Counted from the first letter of the stretch, positions 9,779-19,827 are shown. The stretch: 54,106 nt of DNA from an uncultured archaeon (GCA_964353635.1 CAYGVS010000004.1:1-54106); one strand, 5' to 3'. Notes: generated by a model from the letters alone, not told the origin. Numbers and translations are program-made.

Positions 9779-10729
9779 ATGAATAGTGTAATTGTAACAG
9801 GATGCGCAGGGTTCATAGGGTCCCATTTAACTGAAAGGCTTCTTAGGAAGGATTTTAAGGTAACAGGTATAGACTGCTTTACTGATTATTATCCGGTTGA
9901 AATCAAGCGAAATAATCTAAAAGGCTTCATCGGAAACAAAAATTTCACATTTATAAGAAGGGATGTCATAGATGCTGATTTAAAGGGCCTTATATCGGAT
10001 AGTGATTACATCTTCCACCTCGCAGCCCAGCCAGGGGTCAGGGCAAGCTGGGGACAAAGCTTTGAGATTTACATCAAGAACAATATCCTTGGAACGCAGC
10101 GCCTTCTTGAGGCATGCATGAAATCAGATATAAAAAGGCTTGTGTTCGCAAGCTCCTCCTCTGTTTACGGCGACGCCAAAGAAATGCCAATAAAGGAAGA
10201 GTCTGTTACAAAACCCCTTTCCCCTTATGGGGTCACAAAGCTTGCGGCTGAAAACCTGTGCGGACTATATCACAAGAATTATGGCATTCCTGCTGTTTCG
10301 CTGAGATACTTCACTGTTTACGGTCCCAGGCAAAGGCCTGACATGGCCTTCAGCAAGTTCATTAATGCCGTATTAAAAGGCAGTCCTATAATCATTTACG
10401 GCGACGGTGAGCAAACGAGGGATTTCACATATGTATCGGATATTGTGGAAGCAAATATCCTCGCCATGGAAAGGGGCAGAAATGGGGAGATTTACAATAT
10501 AGGTGGGGGCTCCAGGATATCCGTAAATGAAACAATCAAGATTATAGAGAGGCTTGCCGGCAAAAGGGCCAGAGTAGAGCACAAAGAAGCCCAATCAGGA
10601 GACATGCGGAATACGTACGCTGACATAGGAAAAGCCAGAAAGGACCTTGGTTATCGGCCCGAAACGAGCATAGAGAGCGGATTGAAAGAGATGATTGAAT
10701 ATGTCAAGAATATGCTTCGTACAGACTGA
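9779..10729 (+). CDS. NAD-dependent NDP-sugar epimerase (UDP-glucuronate/UDP-glucose 4-epimerase-like)
   Basis: TGCAGFIG, HLAAQPGVRAS, YGVTK, YFTVYGPRQRPDMAF. Confidence 0.9.
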   Translation: MNSVIVTGCAGFIGSHLTERLLRKDFKVTGIDCFTDYYPVEIKRNNLKGFIGNKNFTFIRRDVIDADLKGLISDSDYIFHLAAQPGVRASWGQSFEIYIKNNILGTQRLLEACMKSDIKRLVFASSSSVYGDAKEMPIKEESVTKPLSPYGVTKLAAENLCGLYHKNYGIPAVSLRYFTVYGPRQRPDMAFSKFINAVLKGSPIIIYGDGEQTRDFTYVSDIVEANILAMERGRNGEIYNIGGGSRISVNETIKIIERLAGKRARVEHKEAQSGDMRNTYADIGKARKDLGYRPETSIESGLKEMIEYVKNMLRTD

Positions 10730-11762
10730 GATGTACTATGCTTTTGATCCGTCTTCCAAGAATCTGGGCGGTGCCGAGATGCAAACATACATTCTTGCAA
10801 AGGAGCTTTCCAGAAGGAATTATAACGTCAGCGCAATATTAAAGGAAAACCGCAAGCCTCCAGGAAGCATAAGGATTTTCGTCATAAATAAGAGGAAAAT
10901 CCTTAGTACCTTCTCGCTATTCCGGGCAATGTGCAGGGCGGACGCCGACATATATTACCAAAGGACAGGCGGGTTTATCACAGGCATAATCGGCCTGTTC
11001 TGCACGCTAAGAAACAGGAAATTCGTTTTCCATGTTTCCAGCATGCATCAGTGCCGCAAGGATTGGCCAAGGGGTGGGAATTTTTTAAAAAGGGTCTCTT
11101 ACAGGTGGGGTCTGAAAGGGGTAGCAAAAATCCTGGTCCAGACAGAGAACCAGCGGTCTGCCTTGAAGAAGAATTTTGGTTTTGAAAGTTCCGTGATCAG
11201 GAACATGGTGGCTGAACTTCCTACTAAATCCAGGAAGGAGAACATGGTCCTTTGGGTGGGAACAGTCAACGAGCGCAAGAGGCCTGATGTGTTCCTTCGT
11301 CTGGCCAGCTCATTCCCCAAGCATAGATTTGTCATGATAGGGGGAAAGGGCGAAAACCAGGAATTCTACCGGAAAATCGAAAGGCAGTCGCAAAGCATAA
11401 AGAACCTTGAATTTTTGGGGTTCAGGCCGTATGAGGAAACGCAAGGATATTTCCAAAAGTGCAAAGTCTTTGTTAACACATCCATGGATGAAGGATTCCC
11501 GAACACGTATCTTCAGGCCTGGTCGAATTACGTGCCTGTAGTCGCCCTGGAGTTCGACCCGGATGAAATAATATGCAAAAATTCCCTGGGATTCCATTCC
11601 AGGAACTTTGATAATATTGTCAGAGATGTTAGATTATTGATGGAGGATGAGAGGATGAGGAGACGCATGGCGCTTAACGGAAGGCTCTATGTTGAAAAAA
11701 ACCATAAAATTGAAAAAATAATAAGCGATTATGCTGATGTCTTCAGGAAACTTGTGAGTTAG
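10701..11762 (+). CDS. GT4 glycosyltransferase
   Basis: GGAE N-terminal motif, EGFPNTYLQAW signature. Confidence 0.88.
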   Translation: MSRICFVQTEMYYAFDPSSKNLGGAEMQTYILAKELSRRNYNVSAILKENRKPPGSIRIFVINKRKILSTFSLFRAMCRADADIYYQRTGGFITGIIGLFCTLRNRKFVFHVSSMHQCRKDWPRGGNFLKRVSYRWGLKGVAKILVQTENQRSALKKNFGFESSVIRNMVAELPTKSRKENMVLWVGTVNERKRPDVFLRLASSFPKHRFVMIGGKGENQEFYRKIERQSQSIKNLEFLGFRPYEETQGYFQKCKVFVNTSMDEGFPNTYLQAWSNYVPVVALEFDPDEIICKNSLGFHSRNFDNIVRDVRLLMEDERMRRRMALNGRLYVEKNHKIEKIISDYADVFRKLVS

Positions 11763-11763
11763 C

Positions 11764-13575
11764 ATGTGCGGGATTTGCGGATTCAACTGGGAAGATAGGG
11801 AACTGATAAAGGAATGTGCTAGGATAATTTCCCACAGGGGTCCTGATGGCGAAGGTTATTACACTGACAGGAATGTCTCCCTTGGCCACAGGCGTCTGAG
11901 CATTATTGACCTTTCAAAGAAGGGGAAGCAGCCAATGTCAAATGAGGACGGGACAGTATGGATTACATTCAACGGGGAGATATATAATTACAAGGAGATA
12001 GGGGAAGGTCTGGAAAAATCAGGCCACACGTTCGCCTCCAACACGGACACAGAAGCCATAATCCATTCATATGAGCAATACGGCCCTGATTGTGTAAAGA
12101 AATTCAGGGGAATGTTCGCCTTCTGCATATGGGACTCGAGAAAGAGGATTCTTTTTTTGGCAAGGGACCCAATAGGGAAGAAGCCTGTATATTACTTCTG
12201 GGATGGAAAAATGTTCATATTCGCTTCGGAAATAAAGGCTATACTTGCAGCCGGGATTAAAAGGGAAGTAAATGTGCAGGGACTTCTGGCCTATCTTGCG
12301 TTCAATTATGTGCCTGGAGAGCAGACTTTTTTCAAGGGAATCTATAAAGTACTTCCCGGACATTTTCTTATACTAAGGGACGGGAAAATAAGCAAAAAAC
12401 AGTACTGGGAAATAAAGGAAGACATTGTGAATAAGGATGAAAAATATTTCAGCCAGGAGCTGGAAAGGGTTCTAGAAGAATCCACTCGGATAAGGATGCT
12501 CGCCTCTGACGTGCCTATAGGGGCCTTCCTTTCCGGCGGCCTGGACTCCAGCTCAATCGTGGCCCTGGCCAAAAAGCATGTTGGCTACCAGATGCACACC
12601 TTCTCGATAGGCTTCGAAACCTTTTCCGAGCTTGACTATGCCAAGGCTGTTGCGGAAAGGCTTGATACGAACCACCGTGAAATAGAGCTGAAGGAAAAGG
12701 ATGTGATAAAGGCTCTGCCAAAAATAGCATGGCATTATGATGAGCCCATAGGCGACTCTGCAGTAATCCCTAACTACTTCCTATCCAGAGAAGCTAAAAA
12801 GAACGTGAAGGTTGTACTGGCGGGCGAAGGTGGGGATGAGCTTTTCGGGGGCTATCCACATTACAAGGCTGCCCTGAAGGCTTACAATTCCAGAATTCCG
12901 GAGCTGGCAAAAAGCAGCATTGCAGGCGCGCTTAGAGCCCTTCCCGAAAGCCCTATTAATGGAAGAAAGAGGAGGTTCCTCAGGCTCTATTCTCAAACAG
13001 ATTTGGACAGCATTCATTTCTCTTCAACAAGATTCCTCTCCGACAGTGAGATAAGCAAGATAACCAATCTGAAAGCGCTCAATCTAAACAGGATGACAGT
13101 AGGGCCAGCTGCTTTCACGAATCCGCTGAACAGGATGCTTTACCTGGACTGTAAGAACATGCTGCCTGAAAAATATCTTATGAAGGGAGACAAAGCGACC
13201 ATGGCCAATTCCGTAGAGGAGCGGCTACCGCTCCTTGACAAGAATCTCATAGAGTTCGCGTTTAGGATGAATCCAAACCTGAAAATTCATGAAGGGAAGG
13301 AAAAGTACATATTAAGGGAAGTTATGAAGAAAAAACTCCCAAACATTACTATCCAGAGGACCAAGCAGGGTTTCGGAACCCCAATAGAGCACTGGCTGAG
13401 GGGAGAGATGGGAGAGTTGGCAAGGAAAGAGATTTCAGAAAGCGGAATAATCAACCGGTATTTCAATGAAAAAATCTGGAAACTGATTGGTACAAAACCT
13501 AAAAATTACAGGCATGCCCAGATGACATGGTTGCTGCTCTCTATCGCTTTTTGGGAGAAAGAGGTTGCTGCATGA
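11764..13575 (+). CDS. asnB: Asparagine synthase-type glutamine amidotransferase, copy 1 (probably glycan amidation)
   Basis: MCGI N-terminal Cys, HRGPD, HRRLSIID, FNGEIYN, LSGGLDSS, GEGGDELFGGY, KQGF. Confidence 0.92.
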   Translation: MCGICGFNWEDRELIKECARIISHRGPDGEGYYTDRNVSLGHRRLSIIDLSKKGKQPMSNEDGTVWITFNGEIYNYKEIGEGLEKSGHTFASNTDTEAIIHSYEQYGPDCVKKFRGMFAFCIWDSRKRILFLARDPIGKKPVYYFWDGKMFIFASEIKAILAAGIKREVNVQGLLAYLAFNYVPGEQTFFKGIYKVLPGHFLILRDGKISKKQYWEIKEDIVNKDEKYFSQELERVLEESTRIRMLASDVPIGAFLSGGLDSSSIVALAKKHVGYQMHTFSIGFETFSELDYAKAVAERLDTNHREIELKEKDVIKALPKIAWHYDEPIGDSAVIPNYFLSREAKKNVKVVLAGEGGDELFGGYPHYKAALKAYNSRIPELAKSSIAGALRALPESPINGRKRRFLRLYSQTDLDSIHFSSTRFLSDSEISKITNLKALNLNRMTVGPAAFTNPLNRMLYLDCKNMLPEKYLMKGDKATMANSVEERLPLLDKNLIEFAFRMNPNLKIHEGKEKYILREVMKKKLPNITIQRTKQGFGTPIEHWLRGEMGELARKEISESGIINRYFNEKIWKLIGTKPKNYRHAQMTWLLLSIAFWEKEVAA

Positions 13576-14705
13576 AAATCCTAATCCTTGGCTCTAAGGA
13601 ATATCCTATGGGCTCCAACAAAGGCGACGACCCGATACCTTCAGGTGGGATGGAGACCTATGTGGATGATATAGCTCTGGCGCTTTCAAAACACTGCGAG
13701 CTTGTTATAGTCACCAGGAAATTCAAGGGGACAAAAAAACATGAACGGACGGGGAGCATAGAGATCCTGAGGGTTCCATATATAAAGGGAAAATATTTCA
13801 GGAACCCCACTTTCAATCTTCTTTCCTTCCTTGCATCCTTGCGGCTTATGAAGGATGTTGATGCCATATATCCTCAAGGTATTATAGCCTCATTCTTCAG
13901 CTATATTCTTTCCAAGCTTTCAGGCAAGCCCGTGGCTTGCAGGCCGGCCGGGATAGCCTACGATCAATATAAGTTTCCACTGAATAAAATTCTCTTCCTA
14001 CTGACAAAAAGCATTTACATGAAATGTGACTGTGTGGTGTTTCATTCCGAGGGGGAGAGGGACAACTTCGTAAGAATCCTTAGATTCACCCCAAAAAGGA
14101 GCAAGGTGATACTCACTGGCATACCTGTGAAAAAGTTCTCCCGTCATATAAAAAGCACTAAGCGTGATTTCGGAATCCTTGAAAAGACTCCAGTAATCGG
14201 GTTTATAGGAAGGTTTGTAGAGGTCAAGGGGATTGAATATCTTGTGCGGGCTGCTTCCCTGCTGAAAGAGAAGAACATCAAGTTCCTCATGGTAGGGGAT
14301 GGTCCCCAGAAGCCTGAGATAGAAAGCCTTATAAAAAGCCTGGGGCTTGAGGAGAATTTTGTCTTTACAGGATTCACGAGGGAGATACCCAAGGTTTTGG
14401 CTGCAATGGACGTGTTCGTGATATCCTCCACCTCAGAAGGCCTTCCCACCTCACTCCTGGAAGCCATGGCAGCGGCCAAACCTTGCATAGTCACAGACAT
14501 AGGCCTCCCTGTTGAGAACATGAAAACAGGCCTGGTCGTGCCTCCAAAAAGCCCAGAGAGCCTGGCGCAAGGGATAGAAAAGCTTTTACATGACAAGAAA
14601 CTGTGCAATCATCTAGGTCAGAATGCACAAGCATTCGCTATGGAGAACTGCACGCAAGAAAAGGCTGCAAAAAAGCATTACGAGCTCTTTAACTCCCTGA
14701 TTTAA
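13572..14705 (+). CDS. GT4 glycosyltransferase
   Basis: SGGMET, IGRF..VKG, EGLPTSLLEAMAA; ATG overlaps asnB stop (ATGA). Confidence 0.9.
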   Translation: MKILILGSKEYPMGSNKGDDPIPSGGMETYVDDIALALSKHCELVIVTRKFKGTKKHERTGSIEILRVPYIKGKYFRNPTFNLLSFLASLRLMKDVDAIYPQGIIASFFSYILSKLSGKPVACRPAGIAYDQYKFPLNKILFLLTKSIYMKCDCVVFHSEGERDNFVRILRFTPKRSKVILTGIPVKKFSRHIKSTKRDFGILEKTPVIGFIGRFVEVKGIEYLVRAASLLKEKNIKFLMVGDGPQKPEIESLIKSLGLEENFVFTGFTREIPKVLAAMDVFVISSTSEGLPTSLLEAMAAAKPCIVTDIGLPVENMKTGLVVPPKSPESLAQGIEKLLHDKKLCNHLGQNAQAFAMENCTQEKAAKKHYELFNSLI

Positions 14706-15418
14706 TCAGGGAACGCGGGAGGCAGCCTTCTTTTATGCTCCGTAGACGCATGCATCCTTTTCGCTTTCTCAACAAGCGCAGGGTCCATGCTTTTTGTGTC
14801 GCCCTTGGCAATCCCCTCTATTACCATGTCCAGCTGCTCGTAGGTTATGCCCATCTCTTTCTCATCCGTCTGGCCTTCCCAGAGTCCTGCGGAAGGCGGC
14901 TTGTCTATTATCTCCTTCGGGATACCAAGCTCCTTGGCGAGCATCCTCACCTCTGTCTTAAGAAGGTGAGATATGGGAAGTATGTCCACTCCGCCGTCCC
15001 CGTACTTTGTGAAATATCCTGTGAATGATTCCGTCCTGTTATCCGTTCCGGCAACCAGATATCCCAAGGTGTTGGCAAAATAGTAAAGGGTAAGCATGCG
15101 CAGCCTGGGCTTGAGGTTCGCCCTGGCGATGCCGTTACCTTGAGGCAGCGCTTTCATAAGCGTGTCGCATGCTGGCCCCAAGTCCACGGTCTGTGTCTTT
15201 ATCCCGAACTTCCTTGCAAGCATGTGCGCATGCTCCATGTCTTCAGGGTTTGAATGGCAGGGCATGATAACGCCCAAGACCTTGTCCCCGAGAGCCTTTT
15301 TTGAAAGCACAGCCACAACAGAGGAGTCTATCCCTCCACTCAAGCCCACAACAACGCCTTTCGCCCCGGATTCCTTGGCTTTTTCCTTTATCCAGGTCTG
15401 TATCTTTTCAGAACTCAT
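14702..15418 (-). CDS. nadE: NH3-dependent NAD+ synthetase
   Basis: GLSGGIDSS, NLKPRLRM, GYFTKYGDGG, KPPSAGLW.GQTDE, EHKRR. Confidence 0.95.
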   Translation of the reverse strand: MSSEKIQTWIKEKAKESGAKGVVVGLSGGIDSSVVAVLSKKALGDKVLGVIMPCHSNPEDMEHAHMLARKFGIKTQTVDLGPACDTLMKALPQGNGIARANLKPRLRMLTLYYFANTLGYLVAGTDNRTESFTGYFTKYGDGGVDILPISHLLKTEVRMLAKELGIPKEIIDKPPSAGLWEGQTDEKEMGITYEQLDMVIEGIAKGDTKSMDPALVEKAKRMHASTEHKRRLPPAFPD

Positions 15419-16752
15419 AACAGCCACCTCTTATCTCCTGCAATATGATACTCAACACGCGTCTTTTCGAAATCTATATCTTTCCAGATTCCTGTATTGT
15501 CCAGGACAACCTTGCATTTTTTGAGATTGCTCAGTACAACTGTATTTGGAGTGAACCTGTAAATTTGATGGTCTGCCACAAGGAGGATTGCATCAAACTC
15601 CTGAAGGCCTTCTGGAAACTTGAAGGTCTCGCAGCCGGTTATTTTCCTTATCTCCTGTTCTGTGTAAAGAGGGTCATGAATCTTGACGGAAATTCCCTTC
15701 TCCTTCAGCCTTTGCGCAATCTTTATTGTCGGCGAAAGTATGTCCACTTTTATATCCCCTTTGTAAGCAAGGCCTAGTATGCCAGCTTTCCTGCATCCTC
15801 TTTTTGCAATCGAATCCGCAACAACAAAAGGTTGTTTGCTGTCCGTCTCTATGGCTGATCTAAGGATAGTCAACTGCTCTGGATTCTTTGCGCCAAGAAG
15901 AACGTATTGCGAGGAGAGGGGTATGCAATATCCCCCTGTTCCAAAGCTTGGAAAGTACGTTCCGATGTTCCATTTGGTTCCTACAAGTCTCAGCACTTCC
16001 TTCATGTCTATTTCCGGGTAGGCAAGCGAAAGCTGGTTGGCCAAGGTTATTTCAGCATGCCTGTACGCATTTTCTATTGACTTTATCATTTCAGCATGCT
16101 TGTGGTCTGGCGCAGGAATGAGGCTGTCGCATATTATGGAAAGCGCGTCCTTCATAAACTTTGTCGTTTCCTGAGTTGTCCCTCCTATTATCCTCGGGAG
16201 GTTCTTCAGGCTCTTTTCCGGAGAGATGAACCAATCCCTCCTGGGTGCGACCCCAAGAAGAATATCCTTTCCGACTTTAAGTCCGGCTTTCTCGAATATG
16301 GGAATCACAACATTGTCCGTCCTTCCTGGCGTAAGGGTGGACTCTATTATCACAAGGGGAGGTTCGCCTCCGGCCTTATAGGAAGAAATCTTCTTTACCA
16401 CATCTTCAAGTATGGCGTCGTAAGGCTTGCCATCCTTCTCTGTTGGGATGGCTATCATATGCACAGCCACGTCGGCCTTAAGCAGTTCTTTCCACTCTGT
16501 TGTAGCCCTCAGCAAACCGTTATCAACAAGAGGCTTTACATCAAAACCGAGCCATTTCTCGAAATTCTCTATGGGTATGAGACCCCTGTTTATGGTGTCG
16601 ACCTTTTCCTGAATTACATCCATGCCTATGCATTTGACGCCGTTAAAGGCAAAATTGGCCATGGTGGAATAGCCTATATAGCCAGTTCCCCACACTCCCA
16701 CTTTCTTCTCCCCACTAAGAAGCTGCCCTTTTATGTTTTCAAGGACCATCAT
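15415..16752 (-). CDS. Nucleotide-sugar 6-dehydrogenase (UDP-ManNAc/UDP-GlcNAc dehydrogenase family)
   Basis: GTGYIG, IESTLTPG, K.IENAYR, GGYCIP catalytic Cys, LGLAYK. Confidence 0.88.
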   Translation of the reverse strand: MMVLENIKGQLLSGEKKVGVWGTGYIGYSTMANFAFNGVKCIGMDVIQEKVDTINRGLIPIENFEKWLGFDVKPLVDNGLLRATTEWKELLKADVAVHMIAIPTEKDGKPYDAILEDVVKKISSYKAGGEPPLVIIESTLTPGRTDNVVIPIFEKAGLKVGKDILLGVAPRRDWFISPEKSLKNLPRIIGGTTQETTKFMKDALSIICDSLIPAPDHKHAEMIKSIENAYRHAEITLANQLSLAYPEIDMKEVLRLVGTKWNIGTYFPSFGTGGYCIPLSSQYVLLGAKNPEQLTILRSAIETDSKQPFVVADSIAKRGCRKAGILGLAYKGDIKVDILSPTIKIAQRLKEKGISVKIHDPLYTEQEIRKITGCETFKFPEGLQEFDAILLVADHQIYRFTPNTVVLSNLKKCKVVLDNTGIWKDIDFEKTRVEYHIAGDKRWLL

Positions 16753-16804
16753 AACACCTAAAGAATTAGTGTCCAAAAATGCTTATATACCTATTTATTA
16801 CCGA

Positions 16805-16822
16805 GTAATACTTTTATATTAC
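16805..16822. promoter_or_regulatory. Palindromic operator candidate GTAATA-N6-TATTAC (copy 1)
   Basis: GTAATA cttttaTATTAC, just upstream of the minus-strand TATA (16782-16789) of the dehydrogenase-nadE genes; extra TATTAC half-site at 16796-16801. Confidence 0.6.
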
Positions 16823-17628
16823 TTTATCTTATCAAGGTCTTTTTCTGAATGGATATTAACAGCAGTCCCAGAAACCATGCAGCCGTAAAGCTTCCTTTCC
16901 TTCACAAGCCTGGGAAATATCTCCGTCTGCAAAGTCCATTTTACATTCCCCTTTGGGATGTAGTCGAATATCTTAGGGCTGCACATGGATATGAAAGCTG
17001 AAGTGAGGAATGTTTTCGGGTTTTTGGGCTTCTCCTCATATCCTATTATCTGATCGCCTGCCATCTCCACAACACCCAGGTCGGAAAGCGATTCCCTTGT
17101 GGACTGCACAGCCAGCGTGACAACCGCATCGTGCATGGAATGAGTCCTGGAAAGGCTGGACAGATCAAAATCAAAGTAGTTGTCTATTGGAAGAACGAGG
17201 AATGGGGACTTCAGATAGTTCTCAGCAAGTTGGAGTGTCTTCGCGTTTCCCAAAGCCTTCTTCTCCTCAATGTAATTTATCTCCACGCCAAAGGAGCTTC
17301 CGTTTCCGACAACCTTGAAGCATTCTCCTATGAGACTTCCACCAGCCACGAAATAGATTTTCCTGAACCCAGCACTCTTGAGCTGTTCTATGTTATGGAC
17401 AATTAGGGGCTTGCCTCTTATCTTCAGTAGAGGCTTGAAGACGCCTTCCACCTTCACCTTCTCTTCACCCCCTCCGCCAAGGAAGACCGCAATCTTGTTG
17501 GCTTCAAGAAACCTTGCCGCAATGGTTTCCAAGGCTTCTGACCTGGAACGGATATTGCTGCCATCTACTATAGAATCCAGCTTTCTGAGTATGTCTTCCG
17601 AGATTGTCATGGAGATTCTCTTTTTCAT
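16819..17628 (-). CDS. Ribbon-helix-helix DNA-binding domain fused to a degenerate sugar-phosphate nucleotidyltransferase domain
   Basis: N-terminus MKKRISMTISEDILRKLD..SRSEALE (NikR/CopG-like RHH); then FKPLL.I.GKP, GNGSSFGV.I.Y, EEKP; GGxGTRL signature reads GGGGEEK. Confidence 0.8.
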   Translation of the reverse strand: MKKRISMTISEDILRKLDSIVDGSNIRSRSEALETIAARFLEANKIAVFLGGGGEEKVKVEGVFKPLLKIRGKPLIVHNIEQLKSAGFRKIYFVAGGSLIGECFKVVGNGSSFGVEINYIEEKKALGNAKTLQLAENYLKSPFLVLPIDNYFDFDLSSLSRTHSMHDAVVTLAVQSTRESLSDLGVVEMAGDQIIGYEEKPKNPKTFLTSAFISMCSPKIFDYIPKGNVKWTLQTEIFPRLVKERKLYGCMVSGTAVNIHSEKDLDKIK

Positions 17629-17630
17629 AC

Positions 17631-17648
17631 GTAATATTTTGGTATTAC
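17631..17648. promoter_or_regulatory. Palindromic operator candidate GTAATA-N6-TATTAC (copy 2)
   Basis: GTAATA ttttggTATTAC between the RHH gene start and a shared TTTTTAAA box in a 49-nt divergent gap. Confidence 0.65.
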
Positions 17649-17677
17649 TTTTTAAATCATTGCCACAAACTAAAACC

Positions 17678-18598
17678 ATGATTCTGGTAACAGGAGGCTC
17701 AGGCTTCATAGGCTCGCACATAGCGGAAAGGCTCATCAAGGAAGGCCATTCTGTGAGGGTCCTGGACAGCATGCTAACAGGAAGAAAGGAGAATATGGCT
17801 GGGCTAAAGGCCGAATTCATAAAAGGCGACATAAGGGACCCTGGAGTAATAAAGAGATCCCTCAAGGATGTTGAGTGTATTTTTCATGAGGCTGCGCAGG
17901 TCTCAATCCCGCGGTCAATAGAGAACCCGGTTGAGAACAATGGGATAAATGTGGATGCCACTCTCCTCCTGCTGGACAGCGCAAGGAAATCAGGCGTCAA
18001 AAAACTGGTCTTCGCATCCTCTTCAGCTGTTTATGGGAACGTCACGGTAAAGGACCTCCCCCTGAAAGAGGACAGGATACTTTCGCCGCTCTCCCCTTAT
18101 GCGGTATCAAAGCTCGTTGGAGAGCACTATTGCAGGGTTTTTTCTGACATTTATGGGATGGCTACGATATGCTTGAGGTACCTTAATGTTTACGGCCCCA
18201 GACAGAATCCAAATTCGCAATATGCTGCTGTCATACCCAAGTTCATAGATTCCGTAATTAAAGGTAAGCAGCCCGTGATATTCGGGGATGGGATGCAAAC
18301 GCGCGACTTTGTCTTTGTCAAAGATGTTGTCCAGGCGAACATGCTTTCCATGAAATCCAATGTAAAGCATGGTATATTCAATGTAGGGACAGGGAAACCC
18401 ACGAGTGTGCTTGAGCTTTTGGAGAAGATTAATTCAATAACAGGAAAAAGGATAAAGCCGATTTTCTCAGAGCCCAAGCCTGGGGATATAAAGCATTCTG
18501 TTTCTGACATATCCAGGATAAAGGGCACCCTTGGGTTCAAGCCAGAATACTCTTTGGACCAAGGTTTAAGGGAAACTGTGGGGAGCTTCACATCTTGA
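17678..18598 (+). CDS. UDP-glucose/UDP-GlcNAc 4-epimerase (extended SDR)
   Basis: TGGSGFIG, HEAAQVSIPRS, YAVSK, NVYGPRQNP.SQYAAVIPKF. Confidence 0.9.
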   Translation: MILVTGGSGFIGSHIAERLIKEGHSVRVLDSMLTGRKENMAGLKAEFIKGDIRDPGVIKRSLKDVECIFHEAAQVSIPRSIENPVENNGINVDATLLLLDSARKSGVKKLVFASSSAVYGNVTVKDLPLKEDRILSPLSPYAVSKLVGEHYCRVFSDIYGMATICLRYLNVYGPRQNPNSQYAAVIPKFIDSVIKGKQPVIFGDGMQTRDFVFVKDVVQANMLSMKSNVKHGIFNVGTGKPTSVLELLEKINSITGKRIKPIFSEPKPGDIKHSVSDISRIKGTLGFKPEYSLDQGLRETVGSFTS

Positions 18599-19745
18599 CA
18601 CCAAAGGCGCGCCAGCTCCATCCGCCCATCTGGCTGGTCCACGTTTCCTTAAGCTTGGCGTCCCTAAGCCATTTTTCCACATCCTCCATGCTATAGTAAT
18701 TGTTCACAGGCGTCCCGAGCAGGTCATAGGAGTCCGCATGCTTAACCATGAAGGGGAAGCGCGCATAGTTCTTGAAGGGCATCTTATTGGCAATCCCTTT
18801 CATGCCCAGGTCATTAAAGAAATGGTATAGCATATTGGATGAGTGGTAAATAGATGCAGGAATGTAGCATATGTAATAAAGCATTCTTCGTGGCATCCTG
18901 ACCGTGAATTTCCTTAACACCCCCTCCACCACTTTCATCCTGAAGAACTTGTCATTCTTCCCGTAAAGCCAGATGAAAATCGAGCTGTTCGGCTTCATTA
19001 ACCCCACAAGGCTGAGGAAGCCGTCCTCTGGTCTCGGGAGATGGTGCAAAACCCCAATGGAGAATATGAAATCGGAGACTTTCCTAAAGGGAGGGTTGTA
19101 TATGTCCCCCTGGATTATGTGCGCATGTGGGAACTGCTTCATGTTCATGTAGGCAGACTCCACAGCATCGCTCAGGTCGAAACCCACTACCTCTGACCCG
19201 AATTCAGCCGCGTAATACGTGTGCCTCCCGAAGCCGCAGCCCGCGTCCAGCACGAGCTTGCCCCTGAAGAAATCCGGCTTTATGGGTTCAATATACCTAA
19301 GGAAGTTTTCCCTGAATTCCTCTATTATTCCAGGGAACCTGTTCCACTGGAAGCCAAAGCTTCCTGCTGTCCTTCTCTTGAACTCTGATTCTCTCCCAGA
19401 TTTCCCAAATGGGAGATTCACCTTGCCTTTGTATTTTTCAAAGAACTTGGGATTCCTTTCAAGCACGCTTACCTTCAACTCGTCTGGGAACATCCTAGGG
19501 ATGCCTCCTATTATCGGGAACTGCCTTTTGCATTTGGCGCATGTAAGGACACCCTCAACTATCTCTTTCTTGAAGCACTCTGAGCAGTCCACCCCTTTTG
19601 GGGATTTTCCGTAAAAGCTGCAATGATGTCTGCAGAAGGTCTTTTTTTCAATCTTATGTCCTCGCCTTTCGCTTACAAAAACCTCTACGGACAGGCTGCC
19701 CTTGCACTCCGGGCATATGAGAAAGTCAAGAACCCTGTGCTTCAT
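18588..19745 (-). CDS. Trm112-like Zn-ribbon domain fused to class I SAM methyltransferase
   Basis: LDFLICPECK...EGVLTCAKCKRQFPIIGGIPRM (Trm112 pattern); VLDAGCGFGR motif I; SIGVLHH. Confidence 0.82.
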   Translation of the reverse strand: MKHRVLDFLICPECKGSLSVEVFVSERRGHKIEKKTFCRHHCSFYGKSPKGVDCSECFKKEIVEGVLTCAKCKRQFPIIGGIPRMFPDELKVSVLERNPKFFEKYKGKVNLPFGKSGRESEFKRRTAGSFGFQWNRFPGIIEEFRENFLRYIEPIKPDFFRGKLVLDAGCGFGRHTYYAAEFGSEVVGFDLSDAVESAYMNMKQFPHAHIIQGDIYNPPFRKVSDFIFSIGVLHHLPRPEDGFLSLVGLMKPNSSIFIWLYGKNDKFFRMKVVEGVLRKFTVRMPRRMLYYICYIPASIYHSSNMLYHFFNDLGMKGIANKMPFKNYARFPFMVKHADSYDLLGTPVNNYYSMEDVEKWLRDAKLKETWTSQMGGWSWRAFGVKM

Positions 19746-19827
19746 ATGCAACAAATGCATCTTTAATTTTATAAGCCGAATGTTCAACATCACTCTATGC
19801 TCGCACAGGCTTTAACCATAATCCTAG

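Noticed and set aside
17378-17865. Long overlapping N-terminal extensions of the RHH fusion and the epimerase
   Set aside because: Each is antisense read-through of the other gene; recognisable domains start at 17628 and 17678
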